Assembly (NCBI GenBank): GCA_046563655.1
Contig: CM102287.1
Span: 2,852,001-2,916,000, forward strand
DNA length: 64,000 bases
DNA from: Yuukianura sp. NJ FZ-2021
Lineage: Eukaryota
Direction: 5' to 3'
Part shown: one piece after another, positions 24,897-38,477 of the stretch
How the letters are laid out: every line of letters begins with the position of its first letter
Position numbering within the stretch: the stretch's first letter is position 1
Notes under the pieces: model-generated
Seen by the model: the letters and a program-made list of their open reading frames with translations, nothing else
Told to the model about the DNA's origin: nothing
Databases searched by the model: none
Made by a program: the position numbers and the translations under genes

Positions 24897-27778
24897 ATGA
24901 AGTACGGCGTTGTTGGAGAAGACATGGACGAAAGAATGTCAGAAGCTGAGAACTCTACGACCGTTTTGGAAGGTGAGAATTTCAAAAAATTCCTTTTTTT
25001 AAGTTTCCAAATTTTGAAATTTGTTTTGGTTTTAGTACGTGAGAAAAGGAAAGCTGACGTGCTTGATGCTGCAGATGTCGACATGTGGATGTCCACTAAA
25101 GTTGTTCATGACAACTACGTCTTGCACTGGAACATCGGCGACATTCGGAATGTCGCCACTCACCATTCCATCAAATCACCACTTTTCAGAGCAGGGTACC
25201 ACTTCCAGCACATTTGGGAAGCCGAGGTCACTCCAAATGAAATCCAAGGTCAAATGTACCTTGGGGTCAAGGTCAAACTGATTGCTTTTCAGCATTGGGA
25301 GGACGAATCAGCAATGGACGCTGGAAGACAACTGAAAGTGTCGCTGGACGTGTCCATTGTAGACAAACAAGAAAAAGTGTGTCACGGACTGCATGGGTTA
25401 GAAAAAATTTCACAATTTCGAACATTTCAAAATTTTAAGGTCAAGGACAAAGGTCAATTTTCAAAAAAATTTTGATTTTGACTTAGGACTAAGTACGTCA
25501 ACAAAGGCGGGAGTGTTGGATGGCCGGAGTTTCTGAAGGTCGATGACCTTGACACCGTTGTGCAGCAGAACGGCGACCTTCGACTGCTGGTCAGCATCAC
25601 AATTGAACTGGACACGCACATCCAAGGTCAAGAGGTCACGCAAGGTCATCCACCTCTATTCAAGAAAACATGCATCCGCCAATGTCTGAACAGTCATGAA
25701 GGTCACGAGGTCAATGACCCCGGAAAGGTCAATGACCCCGGAACTAAGCTTTCTGCTCCAAAAGAAGACTCTCCGCATTTTCGAGCTCCGAATTTGAAAA
25801 ACTACTTTTGGAAACTGGGCGACGAAGAGCCAGATTTTGAAATCCGGAGTCAGAGCAAAACGAATCTGCACGTTCACAAGTCAATGTTGCTCAGAAAGAG
25901 CGGTTTTTTGCAAAAATATTTGGAACAAGACGGAATGCGATCTGGTGGTTATCTTTGTAACACCCAAATCCTCAAAATCATTCTGGACTTCATGTACACT
26001 GGAAAAATCGCTGAAGATGTTCTAACACAACACGCTAAAAAGATTTTTGAATACTGCCACCATTATATAGTTCCAGAACTCCAAGTTTTGGCTGAAGAAG
26101 TGCTGCTGAAAAGCGTCTGTGCTGAAAATGCTGTCGATTTGTGGTACATTAGACATCATAGCGACAAACTGGAGCCAAAAATCCTTGAAATTTTTAAGCA
26201 AAATCCACACAAATTTGAGCCTTTTTACCAAGAAAGGTTCAACGAAGAGCTGAAACGGAGAGGTCAAGAGGTCGTTGACCTCACCGTGACCTCCGATGAC
26301 GACATTTCAGCGCCACCGTGGTACGAAGACGACAGCGGTGTCGTTTGGAAACACGGTGACGAGGAACCAGATTTTGAAATCATCACGTGGGAAACTACCA
26401 AAAAGAGTTTCAAAGTGCACAAATCCGTTTTGGCTTCAAAAAATACTTTTTTCAAAAAACATTTCGAAAACGGTCCAGCACATCAACAAGACTCAATTGA
26501 ATTTGAACCAGGTCATCCTCCAGCAGCATTGAAAATGATACTGGATTTCATCTACACTGGAAGAATCGATGAAGCAGCGATTCGGAACAACGCTGCACTC
26601 ATTTTCAGTTTTGGAGATCGCTGGGAAGTACCGGAACTCAAAAACTTGGCAGAAGAGTTTCTGCTGGATACCGTTTCGGCCGAAACGGTACCCGAACTTT
26701 GGTGGGAGGCTGAATGCGGAAACGGTACGAAACTGATGGCCAAAATTACCGAGTTCGTCCAGCTTCATCCGGATGAATTTTGTCCAGAAGATTTGGATTG
26801 GTTGAAACGCAAGTTAAATCTCGGCGGTGACGAGTTCAATGATTGGCCAGTGTTCCAGGTAATATGATCAAAAGCAATTTGGTCAAAAAGTGAAAAGGTC
26901 AAAAAGGGAGATCAAACATAAGAAAAAATATAAACAAGCCTAGCCTATTAATAGTAATCGTTGCCATTTTCAGTTTGTGACTTTTTCACTTTTTGATCAA
27001 ATAAGTGTTTGACCTTTTCTTTTTTTAATAAAATAATTTTGAGCGTTTCACTTTTTAATGAAATAATTTTGACCTTGTCACTTTTTGATCATATAATTTT
27101 GACCTTTTCAGTTTTTGATCAAATAGTTTTGACCTTTTCACTTTTTGATTTTTTCACTTTCTGACCTTTTCAATTTTCGACCTTTTCACTTTTTGATCAA
27201 ATAATTTTGACCATTTGACCTTCTAGGATTGGCCACTGGGTGACGAACCACCGGATTACGAAATCGTCACTCTCAAAGGAAAACAAAAATTTCTGGTGCA
27301 CAAGTCCGTTTTGGCACAAAAGAGCGTCTATTTCAAAAAGAATTTTGAAAATGGTCCATTTTCTCATCAGAAGAGACACACACGAAACGTATCTCCGGAA
27401 ACCATCAGAGCAGCGCTGGATTTCATGTACACTGGAACAATCGCTGGAAATTTCCTGGAGAGTGGACATGAAAATGTTGAAGAGTTGTTTGAATTGGCTG
27501 AAGACTGGAAGTGGGGAATTCCTGAACTGCGGATTTTGGCAGAAGAGGCGATGGTCAAGTACGTCTGTGCAGAAACCGTGTTCAAATGGTGGTTCAAGTG
27601 GAGACCAAATGCACCAACACTCAAAGCAAAAGTTTGTGAGTATGCGCAGCAGCATCCAGAACAATTTGCCATTGGGTGTCAAAAGTACTTCGGAGATATT
27701 CGGCAGCAGGAGCAACAGTACTGCGTCGGTCCAGAGGTAAAGCCCCCTGGTGAAGGAAATGGAAATCAAAACGCCTAA
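24897..27778 (+). CDS. MATH-BTB-BTB-BTB protein, SPOP-like Cullin-3 adaptor family (array gene 2)
   Basis: Four exons. MATH (LHWNIGDIR, IKSPLF, YLGVKV, GWPEFL, NGDLRL) followed by three PDF/YEI...VHKS.L...LDF.YTG BTB units. The last unit follows intron 26859-27226. Confidence 0.85.
26850..27226. mobile_element. TIR element forming a spliceosomal intron (copies also at about 30126-30483 and 35430-35751)
   Basis: Flanked by the direct repeat GATTGGCCA (26841-26849 and 27227-27235). Imperfect terminal inverted repeats. Internal tandem unit of about 30 bp, TTTTGACCTTTTCACTTTTTGATCAAATAA. Confidence 0.7.
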
Positions 27779-28079
27779 CATTTTGAAATTCTAAAAAAAT
27801 CCAAAAATTTCAAAAACTTTAGCACAATTTCCAAGTTTAAAAAGAAAGTGCTCAAAAAGTGTCAATTTATCGTGAAAATAAAAAAAAATCATTGAAAAAA
27901 AAATCCATTCATTTTTTAAAACTGTTTTATTGACAACAGTTTCATGGACATTTGAAATTTGTTTTCATTTTTTCAAACAATTTCGAAAATTTCGAAAATT
28001 TTGGTCAGTTTGTTGGTCAGAAACTGTCGTAGCAGCAACTTTTTTTTCTCATTTGGGAATTACGAGGTCAAAGGTCAAC

Positions 28080-31047
28080 ATGAAGTTCGGCGCTGTCGAA
28101 GACGAATTGCAAGAAAGAATGTCAAAAAGCGAGGAGTTGACGACCGTTTTGGAAGGTGAGAATTTCAAAAAACTTTTTTTAAGTTTCGAAATTTTGAAAT
28201 TTGATTTTGGTTTTAGGAGGAAAGCGGAAAGCTGATGTCCTTGATGCTGCCAATGTTGATGCTTGGATGTCCACTGAAGTTGTTCGTGACAACTATGTGT
28301 TGCACTGGAACATCAAGGACATTCGGAATGTCGCCAGTCACGACACCATCAAATCACCACTTTTCAGAGCTGGGCGACACTTCCAGCACATTTGGCAAGC
28401 AGAGGTCACTCCAACGGAAATCCAAGGTCAACAGTACTTAGGGGTCACCGTGGCACTGGTTGCCTTTGGCAACGAATCAGCGCTGGACGCTGGACGACAA
28501 CTGAAAGTATCTCTGGACGTGTCCATTGTGAATAAAGAAGAACAAGTTTGTCATGGACAACATGGGTTAGAGAAAAATTTCAACATTTTCAAAAAAGGTC
28601 AAGGTCAAAGATCATTTTCAAAAAAAAATGTTTTGATTTTTGAAAATTTAGGACTGATTTCATTGGGAAAGGGGGAAATCTCGGATGGCAGCATTTCCTG
28701 AAAGTGGATGACCTTGACCCCGTCCTTCAGCAGAACGGTGACCTTCGACTGCTGATTGGCATCACAATCGAAATGGACACGCAAATCCAAGGTCAAGGTC
28801 ACGAGGTCACGCAAGGTCAACAACATCCGTCCAAGAAAACATGCATCCGCCAATGTCTGAATCGTCAGGAAGGTCACGAGGTCAGTGACCCTGGAAAGGT
28901 CAATGACCTCGGAAAGGTCAATGACCCCAGAACTAACATTTCTGCTCCAGAAGAAGACTCTGCGCATTTCCGGACACCGAATTTGAAAAGCTGCATTTGG
29001 AAACTTGGCGAACAAGAGCCAGATTTTGAAATTCGAAGTCAAAGCAGAACGAAATTGCTTGTGCACAAGTCAATGTTGGCCAAAAAGAGCGGTTTTTTGC
29101 AAAAATACTTTGAACAAGGAGGTCGAGACGGAGTAATGTCTGGTAGTTATCTTTCTAATACCGAAATACTCAAAATCATTCTGGACTTCATCTACACTGG
29201 AAAAATCGCTGAAAGCGTTCTATCACAACATGCTAAAAAGATTTTTGAGTACTGCCACCATTATGTTGTTCCAGAACTTCAAGTTTTGGCTGAAGAAATG
29301 CTGCTGAAGAGCGTCTGTGCTGAAAATGCTGACGATTTGTGGCGTATCCAGGGAAGTGACAAATTGGAGACAAAAATTCTTGAAATTTTTAGGCAGAATC
29401 CACAAAAATTTGAACCTTTTTACCAAGAAATGTTCAGCAATGAGCTGAAACGGAGAGGTCAAGAGGTCGATGACCACAGCGACTCTTGTTCCTCCGTCAA
29501 TGACGACTCTTCTATCTCTGATGACGACTCTTCCTTTCATGACGACTCGTCTTCCGTCGATGAAGACGACATTCCAGCGCCACCGTCGTACGAAACTGAC
29601 AACGGATTTGTGTGGGAACACGGTGACGAGGAGCCGGATTTTGAAATCATCACGTCGGAAATTACCAAAACGAGTTTCAAAGTTCACAAATCCGTTTTGG
29701 CTTCAAAAAATGCTTTTTTCAAAAAACTTTTCGAAAATGGTCCAGCACATCAGCAAGACTCAATCGATTTCGAACCAGGTCATCCTCCAGCAGTAATGAA
29801 AACTATACTGGATTTTATCTACACTGGAAAAATTGACGAAGCAGCAATTCGGAACAACGCTGCATTCATGCTTTATTTTGGCCATGACTTGGAAATACCG
29901 GAACTCAAAAACTTGGCAGAAGAGTTTCTTGCGGATACCATTTCGGCCGAAGCCGAAACGATATTCTATCTTTGGTGGGACGCTGAATGCCACGACGGTA
30001 AGAAACTGATGGCCAAAATTACCGAGTTCGTTCAGCTTCATCCGGACGAATTTTGTCCAGAAGATTTGGATTGGTTGAGACGCAAGTTAAATCTGGACGG
30101 TGCTGACGAGTTCAATGATTGGCCAGTGTTCCAGGTAATATGATCAAAAGCAATTTGGTCAAAAAGTGAAAAGGTCAAAAAATGAGATCAAACATAAGAA
30201 AACGCTAAACAAACATAGCCAATTAATTGTAATGGATGCCATTTTCAGTTTTTGACCTTTTCACTTTTTGATCAAATAAGTGTTTGACCTTTTCTTTTTT
30301 TAATGAAATAATTTTGACCTTTTCAATTTTTAATAAAATAATTTTGAGCGTTTCACTTTTTAATGAAATAATTTTGACCTTGTCACTTTTTGATCATATA
30401 ATTTTTACGTTTTCAGTTCTTGATCAGATAATTTTGACCTTTTCACTTTTTGATCAAATAATTTTGACCATTTAACTTGCTAGGATTGGACACTGGGTGA
30501 CGAACCACCGGATTACGAAATCGTCACTTTGAAAGGAAAACAGAAATTTCTGGTGCACAAGTCCGTTTTGGCACAAAAGAGCGCCTTTTTCAAAAAGAAT
30601 TTCGAAAATGGTCCATTTTCTCATCAGAAGAGAGACGTTCGCAACGTATCTCCAGAAACACTCAGAGCAGCGCTTGATTTCATGTACACTGGAACAATCG
30701 CTGAAAGTTTTCTGGAAAGTGGACATGAAAATGTTGAAGAGTTGTTTGAATTGGCGGAAGACTGGAAGTGGGGAATTCCGGAACTACGGAATGTGGCTGA
30801 AGAGGCGATGCTGAACTACGTCTGTGCAGAAACAGTGTTCAAATGGTGGTTCAAGTGGTGGAGAGATCAGGCGCCAAAATTGAAATCAAAAGTTTGTGAG
30901 TATGCGCAGCAGCATCCAGACCAATTTGTCATTGGGTGTCAAAAGTACTTCGGAGATATTCGGCAGCAGGAACAGCTCGCATCGAACAGCGTCGGTCCAG
31001 AAGTGGAGCTCCCGGCTGGTGACCAAAACGGAAATCCAACAGCCTAA
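28080..31047 (+). CDS. MATH-BTB-BTB-BTB protein (array gene 3)
   Basis: Same exon structure as gene 2, with a Ser/Asp repeat linker between BTB1 and BTB2. The third BTB follows intron 30135-30483. Confidence 0.85.
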
Positions 31048-31588
31048 CATTTTGAAATTCTAAAAACTACTAAAAAAACTAAAAAAAAAGCACTAAAAAT
31101 TTCAAAAACTTAACATTTCAAAGAAGTGTCAATTAAGTGTGTTATAACAATAATAAAAAGTAAACAATAATAAATACAGCGAGCAGCGTCGGTCCAGAAG
31201 TGGAGCCCCCTGGTGAAGGAAATGGAAATCAAAACGCCTAACATTTTGAAATTCTAAAGAAAATCCAAAAATTTCAAAAACTTTAGCACAATTTCCAAGT
31301 TTAAAAAGAAAGTGTTCCAAAAAGTGTCAATTTATCGTAAAAATAATTTAAAAAAAAATCATTTATAAAAAAAATCGCTTCGTTGTAACATTCATTTTTT
31401 AAAACTTTGTCTATTGACAACAGTTGCTCGGAAATTTCAAATCTGTTTTCATTTTTTCAAACAAAATTTTGAAAATTTTATTTGGTTAGAAACTGTCGTG
31501 TAGCAGCAACATTCTTTTTCATTTAGAAATTTCTAGGTCAAAGCTCAACATAAGGTTCGGGGCTGTCGAACACGATTTGGACGAAAGA

Positions 31589-32951
31589 ATGTCAGAAAGC
31601 GGGGAGTTGACGACCGTTTTGGAAGGTGAGAATTTCAAAAAACTTTTTTCCAAATTTTGAAATTTGATTTTGGTTTTAGGAGGGAAGTGGAAAGCCAGTG
31701 TGCTTGATGCTGCCAATGTGGATGCTTGGATGTCGACTAAGGTTGTTCGTGACAACTATGTCTTGCACTGGAACATCAGCGACATTCGGAATGTCGCCAG
31801 TCACCATGCCATCCAGTCACCACTTTTCAGAGCAGGGCGACACTTCCAGCACATTTGGCAAGCCAACGTGACAATCCAGGAAATCCAAGGCCAAATGTAC
31901 TTAGGTGTCACCGTGGAACTGGTTGCCTTTGGCAACGAGTCAGCGCTGGACGCTGGACGACAACTTAAGGTGTCCCTGGACGTATCCATTGTGGACAAGG
32001 AAGAAACAGTGCGTAATGGCCTCCATGGGTTAGAAAACATTTCAAAATTTTGAGGTCAAGGTCAAAAGTCATTTTCAAATTTTTTTTTTCTCGAAATTTA
32101 GGACCGATTTCATTGGCGAAGGGGGAAATCTCGGATGGCAGAAGTTTTTGGAAGTGAATGACCTTGACCCCGTTCTTCAGCAGAACGGTGACCTTAGGCT
32201 CCTGATTGGCATCACAATTGAAATGGACACGCACATTCAAGGTCAAGGTCAAGAGGTCACCAAGGTCACGGAAGGTCAATCACCACCATTCAAGGAAGCT
32301 TGCACCCCTTGGCTGATGTCTCCGCAAGGTCGCGAGGTCAATGACCCCGGAAAGGTCAATCACCTCGGAACTAAGCTTTCTGCTCCGAAAGAAGACTCTC
32401 CGCATTTCCGGGCTTCGAATTTGAAAAACTACTTTTGGAAACTGGGAGACGAAGAGCCAGATTTTGAAATCCGAAGTCACAGCAAAACGAATCTGCACGT
32501 TCACAAGTCAATGTTGGCTAAAAAGAGCGGTTTGCTACAAAAATACGTCGAAGAAGGAAGAATGTCTTGTCATTATCGTTGTAACACCCAAATCTTCAAA
32601 ATCATTTTGGACTTCATCTACACTGGAGAAATCGCTGAAGATGTTCTGCAGCAACACGCTAAAAAGCTTTTTGAATACTGCCACCATTATGTAGTTCCAG
32701 AACTTTATGTTTTGGCTGAAGAAGTGCTCCTGAAGAGCGTCTGCGCTGAAAATGCAGATGATTTTTGGTTCATCCAGGGACGCAATGACAAACTGGAGAC
32801 GAAAATTCTCGAAATTTTTAAACAGAATCCGCAAAAATTTATTCCTTGTCGACAAGAAATGTTCAACAATGAACTGAAACGGAGAGGTCAAGAGGTCGTT
32901 GACCTCAAAAATTTCACTGAAGACATTTCAGCGCCACCGTCGTACTCGTAA
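31589..32951 (+). CDS. MATH-BTB protein, truncated paralog or possible pseudogene (array gene 4)
   Basis: The paralogous ATG is ATA at 31550, with an in-frame ATG at 31589. One BTB, then a jump directly into the 3'-end sequence (ACCAAAACGGAAATCAAACCGCC), which implies deletion of BTB2 and BTB3. Confidence 0.65.
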
Positions 32952-33385
32952 CCAAAACGGAAATCAAACCGCCTTAACATTTTGCAATTCTAAAAAAAAG
33001 AATTAAAAATTTGAGAAAAGTAAAACATTTAAAAAAAGTGCTAATTTATCATAAGATTAATGAAAAATAAACTAAAACTTTCCTTTTTCAATTTTACGTT
33101 CGCAGTACATACCGGTTTTTCAAATTTTTCAACCTAACCTGCTTATGGCAGGTGAATGTTTTAGGCAATATTTCAAAATAAACTAAAAGTTTTGAGGAAA
33201 AAAAAAACTAATTTTCAAAAATTGTTTCCTAGGCTATGGTTTTTTGAACAATTGAAAATTGTTTTCACTTTAAAATTTCGTGCCTATTTTTGTCAGTTGC
33301 TCAGGAACATCTTATTTCGTACGAGCAAGATCTTTCCTGTATTTTGCATTTGCATTTTATGTAATTTTAAAGGTCAAAGGTCAAC

Positions 33386-36297
33386 ATGAGATACGGAGTG
33401 AGCGATACCGAGTTGGATCAAGGAACGGCAGAAACCGACGAATTTCCGACAGTTCTGGAAGGTGAATCCGAATTTCAAAAAAAAAACTTTTTTAGTTTCG
33501 AAATTTTGAAATTTGATTTTGGTTTTAGGCGGGAAGAGGAAAGCTGATGTGCTTGATGCTGCCAATGTTGATGTTTGGATGTCCACAAAAGTTGTTCGTG
33601 ACCACTACGTCTTGAACTGGAATATCAGCGACATTCGGAATGTCGCCAGTCACGACGCCATCAAATCACCACTTTTCAGAGCAGGGCGACACTTCCAGCA
33701 CATTTGGGAAGCCGAGGTCACTCCAACGGAAATCCAAGGTCAAATGTTTCTTGGGGTCAAGGTCAAACTGATTGCTTTTCAGCATTGGGAGAACCAATCA
33801 GCGATTGACGCTGGACGACAATTGAAGGTGGCCCTGGACGTGTCCATTGTGGACAAACAAGAAAAAGTGTGTCATAGACTCCACGGGTTAGAAACAATTC
33901 AAAATTTCAACAATTTCAAAATTTTAAGGTCAAGGTCAAAGGTCATTTTTTCAAAAACGTTGGTTTTTTGAAATTTTAGAACTGACTATGTTGACCAAGG
34001 TGGAACTGTTGGATGGCCGGAGTTTCTGAAGGTCGATGACCTTGACTCCATTGTACAGAAAAACGGTGACCTGCGACTCCTGATTGGCATCACAATTGAA
34101 ATGGACACGCACATTCAAGGTCAAGGTCAAGAGGTCACCAAGGTCACGCAAGGTCATCCACCACCATTCAAGAAAACATGCATCCGCCAATGTCTGAACA
34201 GTCATGAAGGTCACGAGGTCAATGACCTCGGAAAGGTCAAAATGACCCCGGAAAGGTCAATGACCCCAGAACTAACGTTTCTGCTAAAAAAGAAGACTCT
34301 CCGCATTTCCGGACTCCGAATTCGAAAAACTACATTTGGAAACTGGGCGACGAAGAGCCAGATTTTGAAATCCGGAGTCACAGCAAACAGAATTTGCACG
34401 TTCACAAGTCAATGTTGGCCAAAAAGAGCGGTTTTTTGCAAAAATACTTTGAACGCCGAGGGCAAGACGGAATACTGTCTGGTAGTTATCGTTTTAACAC
34501 CCAAATCCTCAAAATCATTCTGGACTTCATCTACACTGGAAAAATCGCTGAAAACGTTCTACAACAACACGCAAAAAAGCTTTTTGAATACTGCGACCAT
34601 TATGTAGTTCCAGAACTTTATGTTTTGGCTGAAGAAGAGCTGCTGAAAAGCGTGTGCGCTGAAAATGCAGATGATTTGTGGTTCATCCAGGGACGCAGTA
34701 ACAAACTGGAGACGAAAATTCTTGAAATTTTCCAGCAGAATCCACAAAAATTTCATTCTTTTCAACAAGAAATGTTCAACGATGAGCTAAAACGGAGAGG
34801 TCAAGAGGTCATTGACCTCAAAAATTTAACTGGCGACCGACTCTTCCTTCGATGACGGCTCGTCTTCCGTCGATGACGACGACATTTCAGCGCCACCGTC
34901 GTACGAAAATGACAGCGGCGCTGTGTGGAAACACGGTGACGAGGAGCCAGATTTTGAAATCATCACGTGGGAAACTACCAAAAAGAGTTTCAAAGTTCAC
35001 AAATCCGTTTTGGCTTCAAAAAATACTTTTTTCAAAAAACATTTCGAAAATGGTCCAGAACATCAACAAGACTCAATTGAATTTGAAGAAGGTTATCCTC
35101 CAGCAGCGGTGAAGATTACACTGGATTTCATCTACACTGGAAAAATTGACGAATCAGCGATTCGGAACAACGCTGCAGATATGTTCAATTTTGGAGATCG
35201 CTGGGAAGTACCGGAACTCAAAAACTTGGCAGAAGAATTTCTTCTGGATACCGTTTCGGCCGAAACGATATTCGACCTTTGGTGGGAAGCTGAATGCGGG
35301 AACGGTACGAAACTGATGGCCAAAATTACCGAATTCGTCCAGCTTCATCCGGACGAATTTTGTCCAGAAGATTTGGACTGGTTGAGACGCAAGTTAAATC
35401 TGGACGGTGATGAGTTCAATGATTGGCCACTGTTTCAGGTAATATGATCAAAAGCAATTTGGTCAAAAAGTGAAAAGGTCAAAAAGTGAGATCAAAACCT
35501 ATATCAAACAAACCTAAGCTACTTATTGTTACGGTTGCCAGTATCCCTTGCTAACCTTTCCACTTTTTGGTCTTTCTACTTTTTGACCTTTCACTTTTTG
35601 ATCAAATAATCTTAACCTTTGCACTTTTTGAGTAGATAATTTTTACCTTTTCACTTTTTGATTAAATATTTTTGACCATTTCACTTTTCGATCAAATAAT
35701 TTTGACCCTTTCACTTTTTGATCCAATAATTTTGACCATTTGTCCTGCTAGGATTGGCCACTGGGTGACGAACCACCGGATTACGAAATCGTCACTTTCA
35801 AAGGAAAACAGAAATTTCTGGTGCACAAGTCCGTTTTGGAACAAAAGAGCGCCTACTTCAAAAAGAATTTTGAAAATGGTCCATTTTCTCATCAGAAGAG
35901 AGACACGCGCAACGTTACCCCAGAAACACTGAGAGCAGCGCTGGATTTCATGTACACTGGAACAATCGCTGGAAATTTCCTGGAAAGTGGACATGAAAAT
36001 GTTGAAGAATTGTTTGAACTTGTGGATGACTGGAACTGGAACATTCCTGAACTGCGGAATGTGGCAGAAGAGGCGATGCTGAACTACGTCTGTGCAGAAA
36101 CAGTGTTCAAATGGTGGTTCAAGTGGTGGAGAGATCAGGCGCCAAAATTGAAATCAAAAGTTTGTGAGTATGCACAGCAGCATCCAGACCAATTTGCCAT
36201 TGGTTGTCAAAAGTACTTCGAAGATAGACGACAGCAGCAGTACGGCGTGAGTCCGGAAGTGGACGAAAATCAAAACGACTCCAATCAAACAGCCTAA
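33386..36297 (+). pseudogene. Frameshifted MATH-BTBx3 paralog (array gene 5)
   Basis: A +2 insertion at about 34240 (GGTCAAAATGACC vs GGTCAATGACC) leads to a stop at 34605-34607. A +1 insertion sits at about 34837. All domains are otherwise intact. The indels could be assembly errors. Confidence 0.65.
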
Positions 36298-36623
36298 CAT
36301 TTTGAAAAAAAAAAATTTCTAAAAAAAAAGTCAAAATATTTAAAAACTTACTACAATTTAGAAGTTTAAAAAAATGTCAACTTATCATAAGAATAACGAA
36401 AAATAAATCAAACTTTTTTTTTGAATTTTCTTCGTAGTAGGTTTTTTTCTGAACTGTTTCCTTGACAACGGTTTTTTGAACAAATTGAAGTTTGTTTTCA
36501 CTTTTTCAAACAAGATTTCGAAAAGTATGTGCAAATTTCTTGTTTTTGATCAGGTCGGTCGTCAGAAACTGTCGTAGCAGCAACATTCTTTTTCATTTTG
36601 GAATTTCGAGGTCAAAGGTCAAC

Positions 36624-38477
36624 ATGAAGTTCGGCGTTGTCGAAAACGATTTGGAGCAAGGAACATCTGAACCTGACGACTTATCGGCAGTTTCGGAAGG
36701 TGACCTTGAATTTCATAAAAAAAAACTTTCAAGTTTCGAAATTTTGAAATTTGATTTTGGTTTTAGGAGGGAAGCGGAAAGCCAGTGTGCTTGATGCTGC
36801 CAATGTGGATGTTTGGATGTCGACTGAGGTTGTTCGTGACAACTATGTAATGCACTGGAACATCAACGACATCCGGAATGTCAAAGGTCACGGCGCCATC
36901 AAATCACCACTCTTCAGAGCAGGGTACCACTGCCAGCACATTTGGCAGCTCAAGGTCACTCCAAAGGAAATCCAAGGTCACAGTTACCTGGGGGTCAAGG
37001 TCATACTCGTCGCTTTTGCCAACGAATCAGCGATGGACGATGGGCGTCAACTGAAGGTGTCCTTGGACGTGTCCATTGTTGACAAAGAGGAAAAAGTTTG
37101 TCACGGACTCCAAGGGTTAGAAAAAATTTCAAAATTTCAAGAATTTCAAAACTTTAAGGTCAAGGTCAAAGGTCATTTTTCAAAAAACTTTGATTTTGAT
37201 TTAGAACTGACTATGTCAACAAAGGCGGGAGTGTTGGATGGCCGGAGTTTCTGAAAGTGAATGACCTTGACTCCGTCGTACAGGAAAACGGCGACCTTCG
37301 ACTGCTGGTTGGAATCACAATTGAAATGGACACGCACATTCAAGGTCAAGGTCAAGAGGTCACCAAGGTCACTCAAGGTCAACAACCTCCGTCCAAGAAA
37401 AGTTGTGTCCGCGACATTTCAAAAGGTCACGAGGTCAATGACCTTGAAAAATCCAAAGCATCTGACACTGCTGACATTTGGAAACGGGGTGACGAGGAGC
37501 CAGATTTTGAACTCATCATGAAAGATGATGACGACAACGAGCGACGTTTCAAAGTTCACAAATCGGTTTTGGCGGGAAACAGTTTTTTCAAAAAACACTT
37601 CGAATCAGGTCCAGCCGACGAGCAAGCATCCATGTGCTTGGCAAGTATCCATCCAGTAGGAATGAAAGTCATACTGGAATTTCTGTACTACGGAGAACTC
37701 GATGAGCATCTAATTCGTGTCAACCCGGAGCACTTTTTTGAATGGGGGGCAGTACTGGAAGTTCCAGAAATCAAGGAAATCGCTGAAAATGTGCTGGCGG
37801 ACAGCATTTCCGCTGAAAATGTACTTGATCTTTACTTCAGCGCTGACGACTACCATGGATCCAAACTACTGGACAAAGTGATTGACTTTGTGAAAAATCA
37901 TGCTGATCAATTGTCACCCTACGATCGACATGTGTTGGAAGATGAGTTGCGTCTTGGAAAACATCACGAGGTCACTGACCTCGTGACCTTTGACTACTTG
38001 GACCAACCCACAGACTACGAAATTGTTTCTTGGAATGTCAAATTCCTCGTTCACAAGCACATTTTGGCGGAAAAGAGCAATTTTTTCAAAAAAAAGTTTG
38101 AAGTTGGAAAACTGTCGGAACAGAAGACACTGGACGCACGTTCGGCAGGCCGAGACGCAATCAAGGCCGCTCTTCAGTTCATGTACACTGGAAGTGTGAC
38201 GCTGGAAGAGCTGGAGAAATGCTGGAAGTATCCTATGCATGTATTTCGACTTGCAGAGCTCTGGGAACTGGAGGAATTCAAAAATCGTTTCGAAGAATCG
38301 CTTCTTCAGGATTACATCTGTGCAGAGAACGTGTATTACTGCTACTCTGCGCTGGGCTATCATGCGCCGAAGTTGGGAGCGCGAGCTGCCGAGTATGCGC
38401 AGCAGCATCCAGAACAATTTACAACTGCTGTGCTCAACTACTCTGATTACCTTCGCCAAACCAATTTTCTAACCTAA
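36624..38477 (+). CDS. MATH-BTB-BTB protein (array gene 6)
   Basis: MATH exons as in genes 2-5. Two BTB units (PDFELI...FKVHKSVLA...LEFLYYG and TDYEIV...FLVHKHILA...LQFMYTG) lie in one uninterrupted exon. Confidence 0.85.
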
